From assembly GCA_048938385.1 (NCBI GenBank), contig JBHLMG010000016.1, forward strand, positions 1 through 52,230: a stretch of DNA of 52,230 nt, written 5' to 3'. Under the pieces are notes generated by a model. It did no database searches and was not told the origin of the DNA. It saw only the letters and a list, made by a program, of their open reading frames with translations. Position 1 is the first letter of the stretch, and every line of letters begins with the position of its first letter. Below, in pieces: positions 10,225 to 19,319 of the stretch. The position numbers and the translations under genes are program-made. This DNA comes from Promethearchaeota archaeon. GTDB taxonomy: Archaea > Asgardarchaeota > Hermodarchaeia > Hermodarchaeales > Hermodarchaeaceae.

Positions 10225-11629
10225 CCGCACTGGCAACTGTGTTTTTTGCTTGGTTGAGTAGTGCTTTGGCTCGGTTTGCTGAGAGGGCTTCAACTGTGAC
10301 GCGAATGACGGCTTCGGTGCCTGAGGGGCGAATTAATACCCAGCTCGAGTCGTGAAAACTTGCTCGCAATCCATCTAAGCGGTTCAAGGATTCGATATCT
10401 GCCCATCCTTGGACAGAATCTGTAATCTTACTCATCGCTTGAATTTTGTGTGCGTTTGGACACCTTACTGAGGCGCGTAGTAGATAGGTAGAGGGGAGCG
10501 CATCTACGAGGGCACTTAGGGGTTGTTTTGCCCAGTCGAGTAATTCGAGAATTTTACAGGCTGCCAGTGGGCCATCCGGGCAGAGATGGACTTCGGGAAA
10601 GATGAAAGGGCCTGAAGGTTCTGCCCCTAACAAGGCATCATGCGCTTTGACCAGATTTGAGACAAACACATCTCCGACTTGGCAGCGTTCAACCCGTGCA
10701 TTGTGTTTTTGCGCGATGTGATCGATGGCACTTGAGCTAGAAACTGTTGTGGCAATTACTTTGCCGCCACGGGTTGCTAGATAGTAGTCTGCGATAAGGG
10801 CTAGGAGCACATCCCCTGCGAGTACGCGCCCTTTATCATCGACTGCTAAGACCCGATCCGCGTCGCCATCGTGGGCAAGACCTACTTCAGCTTTGGTAGA
10901 TTGCACTATTGCGCTCAGGTTGTCTAGACCGACGAAGTGTTGCCATTCAGCGGCAGCGGCACTTTGAATTTTAGAAGGACCACAGTGTCGTGCATAATTT
11001 TGCCCATCTGGGGGAATGTTTAGGGTCGTTAGATCAGCATTGAGTTGGCGCAAGGCAATTGGCGTCACGAGACCACCAACACCAAGTGCAGCATCTAGGA
11101 CTACTCGATGAGCCGCGTGTACCTCGGAGGCATCAAGCAAAGCAGCGATATGCACAGGGATCGGTTCAGCCTCACTGGATTGAGTAAAATCCTGCCAGGA
11201 AGCGGGTATTGATTCTTTAAGTAAGCGCGCGATTTCTTTTTGTTGTTCTGTCGCGAACCCAGCCCCATCGGGATTATGGAACTTAAAGCCGTTGTCTTCA
11301 GGGGGATTGTGGCTCGCCGTAACGATAATTGATGCGTTCATCCTGCTTTTACCAGCTGCAAAGGCAATAGTCGGCGTAGGTGCCATGCCTGTTTTCACTA
11401 CGGGGATTCCACCCTGAAGGAGTCCTGCTATCAGGGCGGATGTTAACATAGGTCCTGTGGTGCGGTGATCGTGTCCCACCATGATTTGTGGCGATTTGTG
11501 AAGGTTTCGCAGGTAGTGAGCGGTGGCTAACCCTATACGGATAGCCAAAGGTGCTGTGATGAGCTCGTTGACGCGTCCGCGTATTCCTGAACTGCCAAAG
11601 AGTGATTGGGGGGATTGGTGTTTAGGCAT
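10217..11629 (-). CDS. glmM: Phosphohexomutase, probably phosphoglucosamine mutase
   Basis: LFGSSGIRG, TASHNPPEDNG, DGDADR, VGDVFV, GAEPSG, IRPSGTE; adjacent to the GlmU-like gene. Confidence 0.75.
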   Translation of the reverse strand: MPKHQSPQSLFGSSGIRGRVNELITAPLAIRIGLATAHYLRNLHKSPQIMVGHDHRTTGPMLTSALIAGLLQGGIPVVKTGMAPTPTIAFAAGKSRMNASIIVTASHNPPEDNGFKFHNPDGAGFATEQQKEIARLLKESIPASWQDFTQSSEAEPIPVHIAALLDASEVHAAHRVVLDAALGVGGLVTPIALRQLNADLTTLNIPPDGQNYARHCGPSKIQSAAAAEWQHFVGLDNLSAIVQSTKAEVGLAHDGDADRVLAVDDKGRVLAGDVLLALIADYYLATRGGKVIATTVSSSSAIDHIAQKHNARVERCQVGDVFVSNLVKAHDALLGAEPSGPFIFPEVHLCPDGPLAACKILELLDWAKQPLSALVDALPSTYLLRASVRCPNAHKIQAMSKITDSVQGWADIESLNRLDGLRASFHDSSWVLIRPSGTEAVIRVTVEALSANRAKALLNQAKNTVASAVK

Positions 11630-11639
11630 TTTATTCGAC

Positions 11640-13037
11640 CTACGCTTTTTCTTCAGGTGAGGTGGTGAGGATGTCGTCGATCCAGTCAAGACCTAGGGAG
11701 AGAAGCTCTTGGGCTCGTTTTTTCTTGCGGGATTCAGCAAAGCACCGAAAGACGGGTTCTGTTCCCGAGGGACGAAGCAGCAGCCAGCCATCATCAAAGA
11801 TGATTTTTACACCATCTTGGATATTGACCTTGGCTTGGGGATAATGGGCTTTCACCGATTCAAGGGCGTGATTCGTTATAGCTTCTTTGAGTTCATTTGG
11901 ACAATCGATCGCGCGCTTAAATTGATAGTATTTGGGAAAAGCATCGATAATTTTACTCAGTTTGATCCCTTGTTGTGCGAGGTATTCGAGAAGATGAGCT
12001 GAGGCAAGTCCACTATCGGATAAAAAATTGAGGGTTGGATAGATGGCTTTCCCAGATTCTTCAAAAGCAAACAGGGCTTTGTGCTGTTTAACTGCCGCCA
12101 CAATTGCTGGGGGTCCAACTCGACTATACACTAACTTACCGTTGTATTGAGAAACGACATCTTCTACGAGGTTACTTGAGTTGATGGGTGTGACAATAGT
12201 GCCGTGACCATGTTGTTCCAACTCAATGAGTGCCAGGAGGGTTCCTGAGATATCACCCATTAGAGCACGCCCTTTATCATCAATGAAGAAGGCACGATCC
12301 GCATCACCGTCAACTGCTATTCCAAGATCTGCCCCAGTATCCCTCACGAGTTGTGCAGCTTTATCGAGAAGATTCACACGGAGATTCGGTGACCGCCCAG
12401 GGAAAAACGGGCTAGGACGGGCATTTAAGCCTGTTACTGTGCAGTCTAGCTGATTGAGAATGGTAAAAAGCCAGGGGATAGCAGTTCCATTCGCGGCGTC
12501 GAGGACAACCCGAAAGCTCTGTTTTCGAATCGAACCCTGATCCGCATGCTCTAAGACCTGGCTGACCCAGAAGGTCCCAACATTTGAGACCGTCTGCAAT
12601 GAGCCATGCTGTTGCCATTCTATAGGCTTTGGTGCCCGCAAGGTAATCTGCTCTATGCTCTCTTCAACTGCACGATCAACCGGAGCACCATCAGGACCTA
12701 ATACTTCGATACCTGACATATGGGCAGGAATATGACTCCCAGTAATTAAGACCGCTCCTGGGACCTGGCGGTGACGAGTGTAGTAACTCACAGCCGGAGT
12801 ACTCACTTCTCCACCGTATAACGCAGTTGAACCGCCTGCCATTAAACCACTCGCTATCGCATGAGAAAGGAGTGGACTGCTGGTTCTGTTATCATGACAA
12901 AGAAGGATTGGTTGTCGACCAAAGGTTGTGGCAACACTCAACCCGAGCCGCCAAGCGATGTGGGGATTTAATTCAGTCGATACATTACCACGAATACCAC
13001 TGGTCCCAAAACAGGGAGTCCACGCCATACTCTGCAT
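11640..13037 (-). CDS. Phosphohexomutase (PMM/PGM family) paralog with variant catalytic loop
   Basis: FGTSGIRG, TGSHIP (variant of TASHNP), DGDADR, AFEESG, LRPSGTEP; start may be at 13028-13052. Confidence 0.85.
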   Translation of the reverse strand: MQSMAWTPCFGTSGIRGNVSTELNPHIAWRLGLSVATTFGRQPILLCHDNRTSSPLLSHAIASGLMAGGSTALYGGEVSTPAVSYYTRHRQVPGAVLITGSHIPAHMSGIEVLGPDGAPVDRAVEESIEQITLRAPKPIEWQQHGSLQTVSNVGTFWVSQVLEHADQGSIRKQSFRVVLDAANGTAIPWLFTILNQLDCTVTGLNARPSPFFPGRSPNLRVNLLDKAAQLVRDTGADLGIAVDGDADRAFFIDDKGRALMGDISGTLLALIELEQHGHGTIVTPINSSNLVEDVVSQYNGKLVYSRVGPPAIVAAVKQHKALFAFEESGKAIYPTLNFLSDSGLASAHLLEYLAQQGIKLSKIIDAFPKYYQFKRAIDCPNELKEAITNHALESVKAHYPQAKVNIQDGVKIIFDDGWLLLRPSGTEPVFRCFAESRKKKRAQELLSLGLDWIDDILTTSPEEKA

Positions 13038-13151
13038 GACTCCTCCGAGCATTTTAAAGGTCGCGCTTTTTAAACAGATTTCGCCAACTGGTTTTTTCTA
13101 CAATGCATAAAGCGGAGAAGTTAAATTCCCAGACTACACTTAGGAGAATAG

Positions 13152-13862
13152 ATGCGGGTTATGAAAACAGCAAGCACTCTCGGGAATTCAGTCACAATGG
13201 ACGAAGATCATCTAGCAGCAGTCATTCGTGAATTCGGTCGATCAATGCGAGAAGTGACTGGCGGGTTAGATGATGCTATGAACCGATGGGAATCAGCTCA
13301 CCGTAGTTCCCTTCGACCAATCCGCGTCATTTTAGGTTCGTTGTCAAAAATCAACTATCTTCGAAATATTGAGGATCTCGGTAAACTCAACTCCTTTGAA
13401 GGGATCATCGATCGAGCCCTCACCAAGAACCTCGGACTACTCGATAAGGTCTTACCCAAGTTACTGGTGCTCGCTTCTGATTTTGAAAGTGCCATTCAAA
13501 AAATGCGACTCATGGAAAACCGAGTTTCGAAATTACAGCGGCGGGGTGCAGGCCTCCTCACCCCAGAAGGTTCGGCAGAGCCACGCATCCACCAATTAGT
13601 AGAAAATGTTGATGCACTGAGCCGGAAACTCCGTGAAATCGTCTGCATGTACGAGGATGAGTATTTATTCAGATTGAAAACGATACGAAACATCGAGGAA
13701 CTAATCGATCCCAAAGAACTGTATACCAGCCTACTGTTATGGACGATGGAACCCTATTTAGAATCTGAGCGAATCGAAGCAATTCGCAAAGAAATAGGCA
13801 CTCATATCGAAGAAACCCGTTCACTGGTCTCCCGAACCAACATCACTGCTAATATGTTTTAG
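13152..13862 (+). CDS. Helical protein resembling eukaryotic CINP / C1orf109
   Basis: C-terminal MY-x2-E...DP...LLLWTMEPYLES resembles the CINP C-terminus as I recall it (EMYRKE...DPD...MWLHQPYVES); central LNSFEGIIDRALTK resembles C1orf109 LRAFPDLKERLRRK. Confidence 0.6.
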   Translation: MRVMKTASTLGNSVTMDEDHLAAVIREFGRSMREVTGGLDDAMNRWESAHRSSLRPIRVILGSLSKINYLRNIEDLGKLNSFEGIIDRALTKNLGLLDKVLPKLLVLASDFESAIQKMRLMENRVSKLQRRGAGLLTPEGSAEPRIHQLVENVDALSRKLREIVCMYEDEYLFRLKTIRNIEELIDPKELYTSLLLWTMEPYLESERIEAIRKEIGTHIEETRSLVSRTNITANMF

Positions 13863-13938
13863 TCCCCGTCCATTGAACCAACGAATCATACATATTAATA
13901 CCTCTTCACTTCATCTTGAATCTACTGAGGACTCTTCC

Positions 13939-15336
13939 ATGGGCCGACTTTTTGGTACGCAGGGATTTCGTGGAATAGTCAACGAAGAATTAACAACAAC
14001 AATCGCACACGATCTTGGCCAAGCTATGGCATTCTACCTCGGACCAGGAAAAACAGTCGGAATTGGGTGGGATACGCGCATTTCCAGCGAGATGCTGTCT
14101 CTTGCCTTTAGTGCTGGATTAATGAAAGGAGGATGTGACACTCACCAATTAGGTCTTGTACCCACTCCCCTGCTATCCTTTGCGATTCCCCGTTTAGGTC
14201 TAGATGGTGGTGTTATGGTCACAGCCAGCCATAACCCCCCACAATTCAATGGGTTTAAACTATGGGCAGCGGACGGCGCATCCTACACAGAAGATATGAC
14301 GCAGCAAGTAGAAGAACACTATTTTGCCCCTGAGCAGCCTGGGGTATCATGGCAATCTTGTGGACAACAGGTTACTTCAGAGGATTTTCGTCCACAATAC
14401 ATAGAACATCTTGTAAACCAAATTGATATTGCTCGCGTAAAAAAACAGCAATTTCGAATAGTTGCAGATTGTGGGGGAGGTGCAGCATCAGTGGTTGTAC
14501 CCTCCCTATTAGAATACCTCGGAACCCAATCTGAGCTACTATTTTGTGAACCTGACGGATTTTTTCAGAACCGCCTCCCCGAACCCAAGGCGAAAAATCT
14601 AACTCAACTGGTTTCAAAGGTTTCAGAGTGTGACGCCGATATTGGAATGGCCTGGGACGGAGATGCAGATCGAATTGTGCTAGTGACGGAAACCGGGCGT
14701 TGCCTCATGGGTGATCGAACCTTTGCCTTAGCAGCATATCATCACTTACGACACTTAGAAACGAAAAATAAATGCATTGTCACTCAAGTAGCCACCAGCG
14801 ATGTACTTTACAATGTTGCGTCGGAAGTCGATGCTCGACTAATCACGACTAGTGTTGGTGAACCAAATATCGTAGCGAAAATGAAAGAAAGCAAGGCACA
14901 GATTGGTGGTGAAGAAAATGGAGGTGTGGTGTACCAGGGATGGTCCTGGACACGCGAAGGTATGCTGACAGCACTGTTCATTCTTGAGTTAATGGCACAG
15001 GAGGATCAAACCCTTGAACAACTCGATAACCGTTTTCCTAACTACTTTCAAATTAAAGAAAGCGTCGCTTGCAAAAATGAACTGAAAAAACCCTTACTTG
15101 AGATGCTATCACTGCTGGTTCCAAGTGATGCTGAGTGTGAGCTGCTTGACGGAGTGAAACTACGATACTCTGAAGGGTGGATACTCCTCCGTCCCTCAGG
15201 AACTGAGCCTATTTTTCGCATTTTCGCTGAAGCTAGCACGCAGAACCAAGCAAAGAACCTGGCAAACAAAGGGTTAAGAGTAGTAAAGGACGCACTTGAA
15301 GATGTAAAAAAGCAGTATAGACACCGGAGTGAGTAA
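13939..15336 (+). CDS. Phosphohexomutase (phosphomannomutase/phosphoglucomutase family)
   Basis: MGRLFGTQGFRG, TASHNPPQFNGFK, DGDADR, VGEP, GGEENGG, LRPSGTEP. Confidence 0.9.
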   Translation: MGRLFGTQGFRGIVNEELTTTIAHDLGQAMAFYLGPGKTVGIGWDTRISSEMLSLAFSAGLMKGGCDTHQLGLVPTPLLSFAIPRLGLDGGVMVTASHNPPQFNGFKLWAADGASYTEDMTQQVEEHYFAPEQPGVSWQSCGQQVTSEDFRPQYIEHLVNQIDIARVKKQQFRIVADCGGGAASVVVPSLLEYLGTQSELLFCEPDGFFQNRLPEPKAKNLTQLVSKVSECDADIGMAWDGDADRIVLVTETGRCLMGDRTFALAAYHHLRHLETKNKCIVTQVATSDVLYNVASEVDARLITTSVGEPNIVAKMKESKAQIGGEENGGVVYQGWSWTREGMLTALFILELMAQEDQTLEQLDNRFPNYFQIKESVACKNELKKPLLEMLSLLVPSDAECELLDGVKLRYSEGWILLRPSGTEPIFRIFAEASTQNQAKNLANKGLRVVKDALEDVKKQYRHRSE

Positions 15337-15761
15337 TGATGCGGTTGCTTATTTTTCATGGAAATCTAGCTTATATGGCAACAGAGCCAGTCAAAATCAG
15401 CGTGCGTGAAGATGCTGAGGAAGGCATTTGGAAAACCTTCGAAAATGTAATGACAGTGTTTTGCGCGATCGAAGCCACAGACGAAGAACAACCATCAGAA
15501 ATCGTGCAGAAAGCTGCTGATGAAATACAAACCGTAGCAGATCGAGTGAAGGTCAAACACATCATTTTGTATCCTCACGCACACATTTTTCCGCGCAAAC
15601 TGGGTCGACCAAAATTTGCTGTTCAAACGCTACAAGCGCTCTCAAATGAATTACAGAAACGAGAATTCACAGTAGACCGAACACCATTTGGATGGTATAA
15701 AGCATTTAAACTAGAATGCCTTGGGCACCCTCTTTCGGAGTCAGGGAGAACAATTGACTAG
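15336..15761 (+). CDS. Free-standing archaeal threonyl-tRNA synthetase editing domain (Ser-tRNA(Thr) deacylase-like)
   Basis: MRLLIFH start, YPHAH, PFGWYKAF-x3-C-x-GHPLSE signature of the archaeal ThrRS N-terminal editing domain; stops at 141 aa. Confidence 0.88.
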   Translation: MMRLLIFHGNLAYMATEPVKISVREDAEEGIWKTFENVMTVFCAIEATDEEQPSEIVQKAADEIQTVADRVKVKHIILYPHAHIFPRKLGRPKFAVQTLQALSNELQKREFTVDRTPFGWYKAFKLECLGHPLSESGRTID

Positions 15762-15878
15762 CCCTCCGTGAGAGCATAAGATTTTTGTAGCAACGATGCA
15801 TGCTCCAGACAGGCTTCCGTGGACTCAGCTCACTGAAAGTTGACAACGGAACCCGTGATACTTCGAGATGATTGTAAT

Positions 15879-16154
15879 TTGCCATCCAAACGGAAAAGTG
15901 GTGGTCGGACTAAAGGTGCGACCGGTCGTGGAGCGACAGTCCAGTGTTCACAGTGTGGAAAGCTAGTCCCTCGTGACAAAGCGAAAAAACGAACATCGCG
16001 TGCTTCTTTTGTTGACCCGCAGATGGCGCGGGAACTCCGCCGTTCAGGTACATATTTGCCCAGTCGGAGAGTAACAAAGTGGTTTTGTATTAGTTGTGCC
16101 GTACACAGAGGAGTGGTCAACATCCGGAGCCGAAAAGACCGGAAAAAGGGCTAG
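15879..16154 (+). CDS. rps26e: 30S ribosomal protein eS26
   Basis: PSKRKSGGR, VQCSQCGKLVPRDKAKK, CISCAVH, VVNIRS; probable TTG start. Confidence 0.95.
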   Translation: MPSKRKSGGRTKGATGRGATVQCSQCGKLVPRDKAKKRTSRASFVDPQMARELRRSGTYLPSRRVTKWFCISCAVHRGVVNIRSRKDRKKG

Positions 16155-16213
16155 AACACTAGCGTATCAAGGGGTCTCCTTTCAACCTTGTTCTAGCGTA
16201 TGGAAGGACGAAT

Positions 16214-16858
16214 ATGCAACTTACGGTTTTACTTGACGCTCCCCGCGCACGAACCAGTGACGAGTTCCTTATTCGCGATCTTCCAGGCACTAGTGGTCGA
16301 CTGGATGTCGTTTGCCGTGTACTCATTTCCACTTATCGCTCAGTTCCGAGATTGGCTCCTTTCATCCAGTTTTATGCGGTTTTAGGTGGATCACCAAACC
16401 CACCACTTCAGCTTCATGTTAATAATCTCCAAGTTGAGTATGTTCCTGAGAGCGAGCTAGCCTGTGCACTCATTATGAAAACACTCCTGTTCTTATACCG
16501 TACAAAAAAGGTGAGCCAGGTGTCCCCATGGCCAGAATTCAGCCTTCATCCTAAAAACTTTGAAGATACCTTAAAAGAGATTTGGCCTTCTTCACCTCAA
16601 TGTCTATATTTAGTCGAAGAAGGAGACCCACTAGATCAGGTAATCCTAGATTTAAGCCGTCCCATCTTGCTGATTTTAGGAGATGACAAGGGTCTTCGAT
16701 CCGACCATGAAGCTGTAATTCTTCAACACCCTGTCCAACGGGTAAGTATGGGAACACGAAGTCTTTTGGGAAGTCAAGTCATTAGTTTATTTCTACTCGA
16801 GTTCGCGAATCGATTGGAACAAGATGTCTCCCCCCAAGGAATGATGCCTAATAGATAG
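16214..16858 (+). CDS. trmY: tRNA (pseudouridine54-N1)-methyltransferase, SPOUT family
   Basis: DLPGTSGRLDVVCR, ILGDDKG, VSMG-x2-SL. Confidence 0.82.
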   Translation: MQLTVLLDAPRARTSDEFLIRDLPGTSGRLDVVCRVLISTYRSVPRLAPFIQFYAVLGGSPNPPLQLHVNNLQVEYVPESELACALIMKTLLFLYRTKKVSQVSPWPEFSLHPKNFEDTLKEIWPSSPQCLYLVEEGDPLDQVILDLSRPILLILGDDKGLRSDHEAVILQHPVQRVSMGTRSLLGSQVISLFLLEFANRLEQDVSPQGMMPNR

Positions 16859-16870
16859 GAGCAACACACT

Positions 16871-17257
16871 ATGCCAAAACATGCCGATTTTATAAAATCA
16901 CTTCAAACCAACACCCAACATTCTGCAAAAGCAATGAGACGCTTAGTCAGAAGGACAACAACCGAAAATCTTTGGTTGTATGTGTTGACTTTGCTAGAAG
17001 AACGCAACTATTTTGCCTATGAACTTCGAAATGCTGTGAAGGAACGCTTTGGGGTGGAAATGGCATCAGTTACAGGGTATGTTCTCTTCTATAAGTTACA
17101 GCGAGATGGTTTGGTTGAACTAAGTGAAAAGCGCCGAGAAGGGAATCGCCCAACTCGTAAGTATTACCGTATCACCGATATGGGACGGCGAAGCCTTGCT
17201 GACGCTAAGGAGTTTCTTCAGCTTCTTGTAAAGGTCCTTGCGGCACCACCAACTTAG
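16871..17257 (+). CDS. PadR-family winged-helix transcriptional regulator
   Basis: LWLYVLTLL, YAYEL-like FAYEL, LYKL-x2-DGLV-like segment, RKYYRITDMG. Confidence 0.88.
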   Translation: MPKHADFIKSLQTNTQHSAKAMRRLVRRTTTENLWLYVLTLLEERNYFAYELRNAVKERFGVEMASVTGYVLFYKLQRDGLVELSEKRREGNRPTRKYYRITDMGRRSLADAKEFLQLLVKVLAAPPT

Positions 17258-17873
17258 CTAATTGGCGATAGGCTACAATAGTTCGTTGAATCACCGTTAC
17301 ATGGGCCAGAATCGCAACGAGGATCACCCCATAAGCTAGCCAATTAGTTAGGTCTAACAGCACAGGAGGACTAATGAGGAGGCCAAGAACTGTTAGGTAT
17401 TGGAGTAGCGTTGCGACCATGATGATGATCAATCGTTCGGGACGTTCAGCCAGACCGATGCCTAGTTGGGTTACCCCAGCTGCTTCAGCTCTTGCCCGGG
17501 CATAACTGACAAGTAAACTTCCCACAATTGCGAGGATGCCCCAAAACGGAGATATCCATCCCCCTAATACTATCCCAAAGAGCAGAATAGCGTCACTATA
17601 CCGGTCACAAATACTATCAAGAACGCCGCCAAACGCGCTCGTTTTTCCAGTCGCACGAGCTATTGCTCCATCGAGAGCATCCACGAAACCTGAAAGAAAC
17701 AAAAGAAGTAACGCTACGAACAACTGTTGTTGGTAATACATCCAGGCCGCGAAGGTTGCGATTAGAGGACCCAAAAGGGTAACAGCGTTGGGTGAAATTT
17801 TACTACGAGCGAAGAATCGTGCAATAGGAGCGAAAGCTCGTTGAAACTGCTTTTTAATTCGACCAATAACCAT
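17205..17873 (-). CDS. CDP-alcohol phosphatidyltransferase, probably archaetidylinositol-phosphate synthase
   Basis: SPNAVT, DALDGAIAR-x8-G-x2-LDSICDRYSD, VSYARARAE, GLAERPER. Confidence 0.88.
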   Translation of the reverse strand: MVIGRIKKQFQRAFAPIARFFARSKISPNAVTLLGPLIATFAAWMYYQQQLFVALLLLFLSGFVDALDGAIARATGKTSAFGGVLDSICDRYSDAILLFGIVLGGWISPFWGILAIVGSLLVSYARARAEAAGVTQLGIGLAERPERLIIIMVATLLQYLTVLGLLISPPVLLDLTNWLAYGVILVAILAHVTVIQRTIVAYRQLAKLVVPQGPLQEAEETP

Positions 17874-18034
17874 GAGCCATCCCAGGACACTACGAGTAGG
17901 TAGTCAGTGTATAGCTACACCTAATAAGTATCATCACTCTTGCACAACTCGAAAGACTGAAAAGTAAGTATTTGTGAAAATACCCTACAGGAAGTGATGG
18001 TACTCCGCTTTTTCTGGGAGCCTGTGACACCGTT

Positions 18035-18643
18035 ATGCAAGAGGACCTCCGTGAAATCGAATATCAACCAATTCCCGTCCGTAGTTTGCTAGTCGAAATG
18101 AAAGACCTTAGTGAACTCATGATTGACTTAGCCTACTCAGCCGTCATGTTTAACGATAAGGATCTTGCAGAAGAAGTGATGGAGATGGAGAAACGGGTCG
18201 ACTACCTCGGGTACCTACTCCTCATGAACGCTTCTCTGGCAGTCCGGGACAAAGACGATGCTGAGCAGATTGTTAGTATTATGAAAACCGCATCATCTGC
18301 TAACAAAATCAGCGACGCTGCAGCAGATATCGCAGGACTTGTTCTTCACGATATTGGTATACCCGGAATTCTATGGCTAGCAGTAAGTCAAGCCGATGAA
18401 ATCGTAGGTCGAGCAACCCTCCTTGGAAAATCCATGTTACTAGAAAAGACCTTAGCTGATGTTAATCTAGAAGAAGAAATTGGTTGTGACATCATCGCTG
18501 TTCAGCGTAAAAATACTTGGACCATACACCCTCCAGACACCTTCAAATTGCATAAAGGAGACCGAATCATTGTACGGGGCTCCAGCGAAGGCGTAAGAAA
18601 ACTACAGAGGCTAGCAGCCGGTGAGCTTAAAGAGATTGCTTAA
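18035..18643 (+). CDS. PhoU-like domain plus TrkA_C (RCK-C) domain protein
   Basis: EMKDLSELMIDLAYSA, ISDAAADIA, C-terminal IIAVQR...GDRIIVRG. Confidence 0.85.
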   Translation: MQEDLREIEYQPIPVRSLLVEMKDLSELMIDLAYSAVMFNDKDLAEEVMEMEKRVDYLGYLLLMNASLAVRDKDDAEQIVSIMKTASSANKISDAAADIAGLVLHDIGIPGILWLAVSQADEIVGRATLLGKSMLLEKTLADVNLEEEIGCDIIAVQRKNTWTIHPPDTFKLHKGDRIIVRGSSEGVRKLQRLAAGELKEIA

Positions 18644-19238
18644 AAAACCTGCAGGGGAGCAAACGCTAGAAGAACGCATTCTAGCAATGCTCATTCAGTT
18701 AAAGGACACCTCCGAACTCCAGATCAACTTAGCCTATACAGCACTACTCACCAATAATAAAGAGATTGCTGAAGACATCTTTGAATTAGAAGAGAAATTC
18801 GACCAATTCCATACCGAATTTGAACTTGAAGTACTAAAAATGGAGTTACCAGATGGAGAAGAAAAACGCCGTTTAGGATTAATCCGCCTAGGTGTGGCTG
18901 CAGAAAACCTCTCTGATGCCGCAGCCCAAATGGCCGAAATCGTCCTTCGTGGCGTAGAAGTCCACCCCTTAATGAAAATCGCACTTCAAGAAGCGGATGA
19001 ACGGGTTAGTCGGGAGACTATCGAATCAACCTCAATTCTCGCAAATAAAACCCTAAGCCAGCTCCGATTAGAGGACCATGGAACCCGTATCTTTGCAGTC
19101 AAGCGTAACGATCAATGGACCTATGATCCCCGTGGCCGGTTCAAATTACTTCCCGGAGATATCATCTATGCCGGCGGATACAAGGAAGCTGTCGAACGCT
19201 TAGAAGATGTTGCACGCGGCAAACTCGATGAGCTTTAA
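18621..19238 (+). CDS. Second PhoU-like plus TrkA_C domain protein (tandem paralog)
   Basis: LKDTSELQINLAYTA, ENLSDAAAQMA, IFAVKR...PGDIIYAGG; start may be the TTG at 18636. Confidence 0.85.
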   Translation: MSLKRLLKKPAGEQTLEERILAMLIQLKDTSELQINLAYTALLTNNKEIAEDIFELEEKFDQFHTEFELEVLKMELPDGEEKRRLGLIRLGVAAENLSDAAAQMAEIVLRGVEVHPLMKIALQEADERVSRETIESTSILANKTLSQLRLEDHGTRIFAVKRNDQWTYDPRGRFKLLPGDIIYAGGYKEAVERLEDVARGKLDEL

Positions 19239-19319
19239 ACCACTCGCTTCTCTATTACCTACCAGAAAGGCAAAATGTAGATATAGCGGACGGCATGTTT
19301 CACGAAGACAGAGGCGAAC

